From a virus: DNA of 64,000 bases. Position numbers and translations under genes: made by a program. Of this stretch, positions 55,687 through 64,000 are shown in pieces. Where the stretch lies: positions 1 through 64,000 of the IMG/VR virus record IMGVR_UViG_3300023296_000646; one strand, given 5' to 3'. Position 1 is the first letter of the stretch; the number at the start of each line of letters is the position of its first letter. Under the pieces are notes generated by a model. It made no database searches, was not told the origin of the DNA, and saw only the letters and a list, made by a program, of their open reading frames with translations.

Positions 55687-58600
55687 TTATTCTACATTTA
55701 AAATAGGTTCATCATTGCTCCTATCGCTTTTATTAACTTTAATGGTTCCTACATTTGAAATAAATACTTCAATAGGTGGTGCACCATCAATTGTAGTTTC
55801 TTCCGTCAAATCTACTCCTTTATAAAACGAATTTCTAAGACCAGTAGATATATTTTGAGTTTTGGATGTATGAAACGGTAAATGTCCATGAACCTTAGTT
55901 CCTCCTGCTGTAAATGAAGCAGATGAATGGAGTACGTTTAAATGCTGAATAGATTCTGTTACTATTACATTGTGGTAAGCACCTTCTTGACTATCAGTAT
56001 TTCCGTCTATTAATTGACTTACTGTTTTGTAGCTATCAATATCTATAAGTTCCAGTTTAACTCTCTTTCTACCTTCTACTCCATCCTTAAGATAAATAAT
56101 TTCAGCATCACCCTCAATTGCATAAATTCCAAATATACTTTGAGGCATTCCAAATGATGTGTAGTTATAGCTAGCAGATGCAAAATTTGGCCCGCTGTGA
56201 TTAGGTACTTTGTAATTTTCATAGTATCCAACCATTATTGCCTTAGATTCTTGGTTAAAATCAATTGCAGTAGATCCAGATAAAATTGAACCAACATCTC
56301 CATCGTATGTAGTATGATCTCCTGTCATAAAAATAGATTCTGTTGTAAATACAGATCCAGAATATGAAGTTTGATCTCCTGTCATTAAAATAGATTCTGT
56401 TACGAATAATGTTGTACTGTATGATGTTACTATACCTGACGCCATTGATCCAGTATCTATTGCGTTAATTGTACCTTCTGCAGAATATTCTAATAGAGAT
56501 GGCTTTTTGAACGCTATCTTATTTCTTTCCAACATGTGAGGTTCAAAAAGAATACCCTTGGATAGTTTAGCTCTAATAGGAGTCATATCTTCTACATACT
56601 CAAAAACTGTTTTATCAAATTGACGAATTAGAGTGATATAATCATATATGTTCATTGAAGATGAATTTCTTTCCCAATAATGCTCATTGATTGCAGATAG
56701 ATCTGCATATGAAGAAGAATATCTTGCATCTGGGTCACCAATTTCATTCATGAAATCATGTCCACCAAACGCTCTAATCATATCTCTATTTATTTCAGTA
56801 GTTGGTGAAAAGAATACTCCTAATCTATTTGAATCAATAGGAGATTGATCAAATGATTTTTTAGTAATTCTACTGTTGCGTTCTAGTTGCTTACCATCTA
56901 AGAATGATTGAGATTCAAATCGTATTTTATCTGATTCATATCTAAATCCAAGTGTTGGCACTTCAAACGAAGAATCTTGTTCTATTCTAGTAAATTGAAA
57001 TGGATCGCTTACAACCGTTGTAAAGTTTGATGCGGTAGCATGTGATACACCATATCCATTAGATCCAGTATACGCAAAGTTTGGAAGTAAAGTTGAAGTT
57101 GCTAAGTTTTGTGGTCTATCAAACGTTAATCTGACCAGTAAATCTTGTACTGACGAAGTATAGTTGTTACCCCTAATAGATTCATGCCATCTGACATGGT
57201 GATCAAATGATGTTTCAGTAAGAGGAACTTTCCATACGCTGAATTCGTCAACCGATCCACTAAATTCGTTTCCTATAATAATGTCAGTAACATCTTCCCA
57301 AGAAGAGGTAGCAACGTTTACAGATGCAGAAGATGCATGAGTAATTTTTGTGTATAAACTTTTCTTAACGTAAAGATCAAAATTATCTGTAACAGATCCG
57401 CTAGTTCTAGTTACCATCATTGTAAATGAATCTCCGTCAAATAGTGGAAGTTTAGATGATGAAATTTGACTAATACCAGTAGATGAAGATATAGCCAATC
57501 TCACTCTACCGTTATATGATGATGAAGGTTCAGAATCGATAAATACGTTAATTGTGTCAGTAGAACCTGATTTTCCAGTTAATAGATTCCATGATCCGGA
57601 TATTGCAGGAGAATTAAACTCTGGAATATTTGTTGTTCTAAAACTAATTTCAAGTGAATCTGGCTTCCTAGACAAATCAGAGTCTACCCAATCTATTTCT
57701 ATCTGTTCAGAGCCAGACAATTTCAGTTCTGCAATTGGATCATCAAATGTATAATAGATGTTCTTACGAGTCATCAGGGTAGGCCCACCAAACTCTCGTA
57801 TTTGAACAAACCCGTCAGGAATACCATAAATATGGAATATAGCCCTAATTGATGCTCTAGTTCCCTTTGTCTTTAGTAAGAACGGAAGATTATTTAAGAA
57901 TCTTCTAAGAAGAAGTTCTTCTCTCTTTTTAGCAGTAGATGATGATAAGTTAGATCCATCTAGGTTTTTACCTAGTATATAATCCGTTAATTCCCTATCT
58001 GATCCAGATGTTCTAATTTGCCATCCAAACGCTTCAAGTACAGGCTTTAAAAGTTCGGTAGGAGTTCCACTTCCAGATGTATGTGTTCTCACATATACAT
58101 TGCTCATGGAATCGATGTGAGATTTTATGATATCAAAATGTTGCCCTAGCATTGTTGTAAACAATACAAAATCTACGTTAGCCGAATCTCGTATAATGTG
58201 CTCTGGCAATAAATTGGCCAAACTATCAAAATTGCTATCGTCATATGTTTGAGCAATTGTAGATTGACTTGCAAAATATGCTATTGAATTAGAACCAGAA
58301 GTATGAATAACTGATCCATTAGATTTTGGCCAAGAACTATTGCCCTCGTCAAGGTATAAGAAATTTTCATAACCGTCGAAACTTGTTTTAATTCTATTTA
58401 TGTTAGAGCTCAGCTTTCCTAATTCTCTATTTACTAATATACTTCCTGTAACTGCTCCACCATCATTGATATTATTTATCTTTAGCTGATCTGCTTCTAT
58501 TAACTGAAGTTTGTATTTGAAATTAGTTAATCTTTCGTCAGCTGAACTATAAAATACGAAATTACTAAACGATGTGTAATCAATATCTAGATTGGCATCT

Positions 58601-60189
58601 GTAATGAAATTACTTCCACCTAATACAGAATTCATAATGTCAGTAGTTGCCGAACCTGAAGAAATATATCCATATCCGGTCAAATCATCGTCTGATATTG
58701 TATTATGCTCAGCATCTGTTTTGTAATTGAGCAAATCGTCTGCCCTATACATAGCAGTTCCGTTCCTAGTGTCAGCTCCTACAATTTCGTTATTGGAAAT
58801 AGGTAATCCCAAATCCATAGAATCATCAATATCAAAATTAGGACCACGCAACTCATTACGTACGACTACAGATCCTCTTTCAAATTTGAGATTAACAATG
58901 GATGAATCCATAACCTCATATGCTATGAAAAATGAATCTAAATTTGTTGATTCAGTAGGTTCGTATAATTTAGCCACTATTGAATCATTAACATCTGTGA
59001 CGTATGAAAACATCAATTGTTCTGTTCCGTCGTCTGATACTAGAATATTTCTAAGTACCTTCTTATCGTTTATGATGTGATTAATATTTAATGGAATTTC
59101 TACATCACCACAAATGCCTATAAATAACTGATCTGTCAATTCGCTTATTGTTAGAGAACTCTTAGCTATTCCTGGCTGAATTGTCAATAGAGAATTTATA
59201 TAAACTCTAGTATCTCCAACATCATCATATCTTACAGCAGATTCAATAAACACTCTATATGTGCCCAGTGGAACTCCACTATGAACTTTGATATCTCTTA
59301 TTCTGCTTTCTAATGGCCTAGTGTCTAGTACATATTGAATTTCAATATTCTCATAGCTCTGAAGACCTACAATAACATCAGGTATTACAAATCCACCTGC
59401 TGCACCGTCATCTATAAAGAATCTTTCTGTATTTCTAGGTACATATGATACTATAATATCCTGTTCAGAAAATATAGCCTGTTTATTAATCTTAGGATCA
59501 CTAAATATTGCTTCGCCTTCTGCAACGTCAAATGATTTAAATTCAATCTTTATTGGTTCAGTTTTACTTCTACCATTTAAATTTAATGCAGATACTAATA
59601 ATGATTTACGTCCAAATTGATTATCAAAAAATGTAAATGGAAAGAATTTCTTAAGTGTAGCAGGGGTTGTAGAATTTTCTACATCTAGTGTAACAGAATT
59701 TCCAGTATTAAATAGTGTGTTAGGTCCACCTATTATAACTATGCTATCTGCGTTTGCATATGTTATAGAAATTACAGGTGCATCTGAAGGTGATTCATTT
59801 TGCTTTGTAATCACTAAGCTATGATTTACAGATGCAGTAAGCTCAATTGGAATTCCCACTAGAAAATGATACGTGTTGCGCCTGTCACTATTCGTTGAAA
59901 CTGAAAGCCATCCATCGCCTATAGAAGTATTGGTGATAACATATGATACTACAACGTCGCTACCGTCTAATTTTAGTGGAGTGTTATTTACCGCACTTAG
60001 ATTACTAGATGTGTCAACATTAAACGTGATATTGTCGACAGAACCGACACCGATCAATTTAATTTCAATCACATATGTCCTATTCAACTCAATAAAACTT
60101 GAATTGAATGATGTAGTTTTATTTAAGTCTACAGATCCCTCTGGGCTTAATGATGCTACCATATCATATATAGTTGAATTATTCACCAA
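55687..60189 (-). CDS. Large baseplate wedge-like protein (1500 aa) with LamG-like domain
   Basis: LANLLPEHI, RFLNNLPFLLKTKGTRASIRAIF..YG (wedge KGT motif), FSGSVDEFSVWKVPL. Confidence 0.6.
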   Translation of the reverse strand: MVNNSTIYDMVASLSPEGSVDLNKTTSFNSSFIELNRTYVIEIKLIGVGSVDNITFNVDTSSNLSAVNNTPLKLDGSDVVVSYVITNTSIGDGWLSVSTNSDRRNTYHFLVGIPIELTASVNHSLVITKQNESPSDAPVISITYANADSIVIIGGPNTLFNTGNSVTLDVENSTTPATLKKFFPFTFFDNQFGRKSLLVSALNLNGRSKTEPIKIEFKSFDVAEGEAIFSDPKINKQAIFSEQDIIVSYVPRNTERFFIDDGAAGGFVIPDVIVGLQSYENIEIQYVLDTRPLESRIRDIKVHSGVPLGTYRVFIESAVRYDDVGDTRVYINSLLTIQPGIAKSSLTISELTDQLFIGICGDVEIPLNINHIINDKKVLRNILVSDDGTEQLMFSYVTDVNDSIVAKLYEPTESTNLDSFFIAYEVMDSSIVNLKFERGSVVVRNELRGPNFDIDDSMDLGLPISNNEIVGADTRNGTAMYRADDLLNYKTDAEHNTISDDDLTGYGYISSGSATTDIMNSVLGGSNFITDANLDIDYTSFSNFVFYSSADERLTNFKYKLQLIEADQLKINNINDGGAVTGSILVNRELGKLSSNINRIKTSFDGYENFLYLDEGNSSWPKSNGSVIHTSGSNSIAYFASQSTIAQTYDDSNFDSLANLLPEHIIRDSANVDFVLFTTMLGQHFDIIKSHIDSMSNVYVRTHTSGSGTPTELLKPVLEAFGWQIRTSGSDRELTDYILGKNLDGSNLSSSTAKKREELLLRRFLNNLPFLLKTKGTRASIRAIFHIYGIPDGFVQIREFGGPTLMTRKNIYYTFDDPIAELKLSGSEQIEIDWVDSDLSRKPDSLEISFRTTNIPEFNSPAISGSWNLLTGKSGSTDTINVFIDSEPSSSYNGRVRLAISSSTGISQISSSKLPLFDGDSFTMMVTRTSGSVTDNFDLYVKKSLYTKITHASSASVNVATSSWEDVTDIIIGNEFSGSVDEFSVWKVPLTETSFDHHVRWHESIRGNNYTSSVQDLLVRLTFDRPQNLATSTLLPNFAYTGSNGYGVSHATASNFTTVVSDPFQFTRIEQDSSFEVPTLGFRYESDKIRFESQSFLDGKQLERNSRITKKSFDQSPIDSNRLGVFFSPTTEINRDMIRAFGGHDFMNEIGDPDARYSSSYADLSAINEHYWERNSSSMNIYDYITLIRQFDKTVFEYVEDMTPIRAKLSKGILFEPHMLERNKIAFKKPSLLEYSAEGTINAIDTGSMASGIVTSYSTTLFVTESILMTGDQTSYSGSVFTTESIFMTGDHTTYDGDVGSILSGSTAIDFNQESKAIMVGYYENYKVPNHSGPNFASASYNYTSFGMPQSIFGIYAIEGDAEIIYLKDGVEGRKRVKLELIDIDSYKTVSQLIDGNTDSQEGAYHNVIVTESIQHLNVLHSSASFTAGGTKVHGHLPFHTSKTQNISTGLRNSFYKGVDLTEETTIDGAPPIEVFISNVGTIKVNKSDRSNDEPILNVE

Positions 60190-60943
60190 ATGCTACTCGT
60201 ATGTTATTTTTAAATTCTGTTTTAAGTATTTCTTTAAATTCCGTTTGATCTGATATTCCGTTAAGGCGTATAAATTCAAACGTACTTTGTCTAGTGTTAC
60301 TAATTATCAAATCCAATTTGTTTGGAAGAACATATGAAAAATACGCGCCCATTTCGATAGGAGATGCACTTCCGTGTCTATCAAACTTAAATAGTTCTTC
60401 CTTGAAGTTTTGAGTTAAATTTTCTGATATTATTTGTTCAGGAATAAACCCAGTAAATGGGTATGCTTCAGTTGGAGGCTTAAAGATATAATCTAACATT
60501 TTATTTATTTCTGCGTCAGATAGGCTAGCATTTGCAAATCTCTTAAATCTATCTTCATTTCCCTTAGTAGGTAATAATCTAACTTCAGTTTTTGATGGTG
60601 AAATTTCGCTTATGTATACTCCAGGAGAATCTACATCTCCAACCAAAATTCTCCAAAAATTGTATATAATTTTAAATTCCCCACTACTAAATCCGAATTC
60701 AGTAATATCTAATTCCGGATCTACTGATATTTTGCCCTTATCATATGCAGGAATATCAGTAGATATTATAGAATTAATCAAAAAATCATTTCTATCATAT
60801 AGTCTCTTAACAATAACATCCGTTGGCCCACCACCGAACCTATCTACTATTGAATTTATAGAACCTATAAAAAATTCTGCATCTCCACCAGATATTCTGT
60901 TCTGTGTGATTACGTTTATGCTATTTGTATCTATTTTTGCCAT
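60179..60943 (-). CDS. Hypothetical baseplate-region protein
   Basis: YISEISPSKTEVRL; operon position. Confidence 0.5.
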   Translation of the reverse strand: MAKIDTNSINVITQNRISGGDAEFFIGSINSIVDRFGGGPTDVIVKRLYDRNDFLINSIISTDIPAYDKGKISVDPELDITEFGFSSGEFKIIYNFWRILVGDVDSPGVYISEISPSKTEVRLLPTKGNEDRFKRFANASLSDAEINKMLDYIFKPPTEAYPFTGFIPEQIISENLTQNFKEELFKFDRHGSASPIEMGAYFSYVLPNKLDLIISNTRQSTFEFIRLNGISDQTEFKEILKTEFKNNIRVAFGE

Positions 60944-60950
60944 TTAAATT

Positions 60951-61898
60951 TTATCTAAAATCGTCCTGTCTAGTTGAATAAAACACATCATCAAGTAATT
61001 GCTCTAACCTATCTATGTCTATTCGTAATTTTTCAAGCTGACGTCGATTCATTTCTGCAAATATTGTGTCGAATGCATCATGTATATCTGACATTACTGT
61101 AGATGACCGTATGATAGCAATTTCACTGACAAGTTGTCTAGTATTGCTAGTACTCATATCGGAAATTACAGTTCGAGCAATACGTCTAATTTCATCAATA
61201 GGTCTGACTACAACAACATTGCCATCTCCATCTAGTTCAACACCACCATCACGTCCACCTCTATTGCCATCATCATCGCTATTCAAACTTCCACCTAATC
61301 TAATTACTTCGCTTCTAAGCGCAGCGTTTTCAAAAGATAATTTTTTGTTTTCTATGCTCAACTGTTGAACTGCGTCATCTCTAGTAGTTGCTGCACGTTC
61401 TAGGGAACTATTGCACTCTCGTAGTACTTCTATTGCAGTTACTAGCTCTTCAAAATCATTAGTTAATGATTCTAATTCAGATCTCAATTCGAATATGGTT
61501 CTATTTAGTTCTGATTGATCTGTGAGCTGTAACGTTAATCGTTCAATTTCTGCTTTTAATTTTTCAACTAAGATAGAAAGTGCATCCTTAGATTCTAATT
61601 CTACTGAACATAAAGTTCCAAATACATCGTCAGATAACACAAATGATCTGGCACCTCCAGTTAATTCTCCTATGGTAACATCAATAGATTTTATCATTTG
61701 ACCGTAATCTACTTGTGCTTGAGTAGATTCTAAACTAATAGTATTGATATTCAGTTGAGGCTGACCTTCACTGTCGGTTAAAATTACTTCGCCAGTAGGA
61801 TCAAGCATATCATACTGTAGATCTACCGTTTCTCCAGTAGTCGGGTCTATATTAAAAGTTTGTATGCCTACGTTTTGTATGTTTACAATTCTAGTCAA
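60951..61898 (-). CDS. Coiled-coil hypothetical protein
   Basis: Long heptad region; TTG start. Confidence 0.5.
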   Translation of the reverse strand: MTRIVNIQNVGIQTFNIDPTTGETVDLQYDMLDPTGEVILTDSEGQPQLNINTISLESTQAQVDYGQMIKSIDVTIGELTGGARSFVLSDDVFGTLCSVELESKDALSILVEKLKAEIERLTLQLTDQSELNRTIFELRSELESLTNDFEELVTAIEVLRECNSSLERAATTRDDAVQQLSIENKKLSFENAALRSEVIRLGGSLNSDDDGNRGGRDGGVELDGDGNVVVVRPIDEIRRIARTVISDMSTSNTRQLVSEIAIIRSSTVMSDIHDAFDTIFAEMNRRQLEKLRIDIDRLEQLLDDVFYSTRQDDFR

Positions 61899-61900
61899 TG

Positions 61901-62992
61901 TTATCTCACAACCTTAAATACGTTATCTTCATCATAATAGTCTACTAGACTGTTACGCTCTATTTTAAGTACAACTCTGTAAACGCGCTCAGGCTGAAAG
62001 CCGCTAAACCACTGATCGAAATAGCTACCATTAGAATCTATACTTAATTTTGTGTTATCGCTAAATGGTATAATAACATCCTCTGTTACTGCATCCTGAA
62101 TTGAATAGTAAGATGAAGTTGGTAAGAAATTGTTTATATCGTATTGACTACCAGTAGTAAATGTTTTTGAAGGATATCTTGCCCTTGAAAAATACCGTAT
62201 ACGAGCTTTAGAATTTCTCTTATACTCACTACGTAAATCTTTAAGGTATACTACTCTATCAGAATCTGTTGACTCTGATAGTGATCCTGTTGACACTGAA
62301 GAGTCATCCCATGCCACTTCTAATGTTGGTGGATAAATTGTGTTCGTGTCCATTGAAAAGAACGCCAATGTTCCATAATCTTGAATGTCAGTTTCAACTG
62401 CCTCAGTATGTTTAACTATAAAACCATGATTAGGAATACTTCCACTTAACCACTGTCTCATAATTACAGAAACATCCATTCTGATATTTGAAGATTCGTT
62501 TGAAAACGATTGGGATGCAGCAGATGATGTATACCAAGTTCCCCCACCAGATCCGTCAACAGATCCACTTGTATTTGCTGCTAATGATCCAGTTGCAGTA
62601 GTTGATCCTGATACCCACAGCGATGCAGAATCTGCAGAATTTTTGTAAAGCCAAGATGCTCCAGTAGTTGTTACTCCATCATATTTAGTACCAACTCCCA
62701 TTTGCCAGCTCTGAGATACTGGATATGCGTATAGTGTATATTCCAATGGAATTTGCTTAGCATCTGCTATTGTCATATTAAGATAATATGAAGCTCCTGC
62801 TGCAATTGTACCACTGACGATAGAATTTGAAATTGGAGTGATATCGAAACTAACTAAACCTCTAGCGTTTTCTCTAAGAGTACCATTATAAAAGCTTTTT
62901 TCCACTTCTATGATTTCATCAATACCCGTATTTTGGGTCGACTGCTGCATATAAAGGGTAGTGTCTTTATTTGGAAAAATGAAATGATGCAT
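61901..62992 (-). CDS. Virion structural protein with DNRLRE-like beta-sandwich domain
   Basis: KDTTLY...NTGIDEIIE, R.L..FD, YPVSQSW..G, W.SGSIPNHGFIVK, YPPTLEV.WDD. Confidence 0.55.
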   Translation of the reverse strand: MHHFIFPNKDTTLYMQQSTQNTGIDEIIEVEKSFYNGTLRENARGLVSFDITPISNSIVSGTIAAGASYYLNMTIADAKQIPLEYTLYAYPVSQSWQMGVGTKYDGVTTTGASWLYKNSADSASLWVSGSTTATGSLAANTSGSVDGSGGGTWYTSSAASQSFSNESSNIRMDVSVIMRQWLSGSIPNHGFIVKHTEAVETDIQDYGTLAFFSMDTNTIYPPTLEVAWDDSSVSTGSLSESTDSDRVVYLKDLRSEYKRNSKARIRYFSRARYPSKTFTTGSQYDINNFLPTSSYYSIQDAVTEDVIIPFSDNTKLSIDSNGSYFDQWFSGFQPERVYRVVLKIERNSLVDYYDEDNVFKVVR

Positions 62993-64000
62993 TATAGTAC
63001 TCTGCCTCTTATGTCTTTAGATGGATATTTCACCTCAAAAATACTGGGGTCTAAACTAGGATAGATTATTTTTCCAAGTTCTGTAGATCCGTCTACTGCC
63101 GAAGTGTTTCGTCTTGCTCTTTTGATATTATATGAGAAGTCTGAATATAAACCTCCTGATAAATTTCGTACAACTATGTTTTGAACTGATGAAACTCCCT
63201 TTACTGAAGCTAAATCTAATTCTAATTCTGAAAGATTTATTGGTTGGTTAAATGTCCAATTGTCTATATTAAAAAATTCTTTTGCCTTTTCTATCGCCCT
63301 CAATAATACTTCTTTTTTGTTTTCAGATCTAAATGCAGTAATCGAAAAATCAACTCCTATGTTAACTACAAATCCGTTTATGAGATTTACACCATCAGTT
63401 ACCATTCTGTATTCACTTAGATAGGTTTTTAAATTTTCCTTTACTGCGTCGTTTATGTTTACTAATTTTTTGTTTGCGTCGTATCCTAATGCATACATAT
63501 TGATTGCAAATGGATTATGCTTTTCTTGCTCATCATTTACTGATACATCACCGTGTGCATCTTGTGAAACTACAACCTTAGCTATGCTACCAAATCTAGG
63601 TGGCATAGACAATGCTCTAATTTCGTAGTCGCGTTTAGTAACTGCTCTTTGTTGTGATGCAAAATATGCAATAGCATTATTCCTAATATTTTCCAATGGT
63701 TCTTCATCTCTACCACCTGTTCCTGGAACTGTATTAGTCACAGATAAACTCTGTTTCAATTCAGATACCGTTATTGATTGTGCTGAGGTAAATGTTTCAT
63801 CTTCAGTTTCAAATTCAATTTTGCGAATGCTAGTAAGATCATTAACAGATACGTTTGAAGATAGGCCACCACCTTCAACATACTTAACAGTTAGTGTAGT
63901 ATTTGCTGGAACTTGTCCATATGTTCTAGTTGAAAAGAAATTCTGAGGATCAATCGGATCAGATAATGATTTTGCATTATTTCCAAGTCCAATATCCTTA
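62992..64000 (-). CDS. Baseplate wedge protein (T4 gp6/baseplate J-like), start lies beyond the window end
   Basis: The frame is open from 63999; GGRDEE.LENIRNNA...ASQQRAVTKRDY. Confidence 0.85.
   Translation of the reverse strand, partial: KDIGLGNNAKSLSDPIDPQNFFSTRTYGQVPANTTLTVKYVEGGGLSSNVSVNDLTSIRKIEFETEDETFTSAQSITVSELKQSLSVTNTVPGTGGRDEEPLENIRNNAIAYFASQQRAVTKRDYEIRALSMPPRFGSIAKVVVSQDAHGDVSVNDEQEKHNPFAINMYALGYDANKKLVNINDAVKENLKTYLSEYRMVTDGVNLINGFVVNIGVDFSITAFRSENKKEVLLRAIEKAKEFFNIDNWTFNQPINLSELELDLASVKGVSSVQNIVVRNLSGGLYSDFSYNIKRARRNTSAVDGSTELGKIIYPSLDPSIFEVKYPSKDIRGRVL

Noticed and set aside
62992-63759. ORF-track start at 63759 for the baseplate gene
   Set aside because: The frame stays open to the window edge, so the true start lies outside the window.
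1-64000. Stop-codon reassignment, tRNA/rRNA genes, integrase or transposase
   Set aside because: Genes are full length in code 11, with TAA, TAG and TGA all used as stops; intergenic gaps are short and I saw no cloverleaf or recombinase motifs by eye.

Overview
This AT-rich 64 kb window is the virion-morphogenesis region of a large T4-like (contractile-tailed) phage, read almost entirely on the minus strand in the standard genetic code. In minus-strand order it holds: a baseplate block (gp6-like wedge truncated at the right edge, a 1500-aa wedge protein, tail-collar-like proteins); small cargo genes; T7-endonuclease-I-like resolvase, primase and a fused Mre11-Rad50 (SbcD-SbcC); a 3008-aa fibre/spike; an 804-aa multidomain protein; a membrane-protein pair; terminase large subunit, portal, prohead protease, ribosomal protein bS21, scaffold and major capsid protein; a 4.6 kb accessory island; neck/tail-completion genes; a 2981-aa fibre, three LamG paralogues and a further fibre truncated at the left edge. 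The layout matches large bS21-carrying phages, and weak clues point to a Bacteroidota-like host. The most notable observations are: (1) an apparent modular capsid-cargo system in which duplicated N-terminal leaders ending in [LIVF]-[NSD]-E sites are fused to swappable payloads, including polyproteins with a nucleotidyltransferase and an HExxH domain; (2) a small protein resembling a segment of the phage's own major capsid protein; (3) a strand-specific candidate late promoter ATAYTTATA, once embedded in an RBS-occluding hairpin; (4) GAGA/GAGG motifs before late genes, next to a phage bS21; (5) a pervasive [ST]-[GAS]-S tripeptide in outer virion proteins. All family assignments come from reading motifs by eye; no searches were run.
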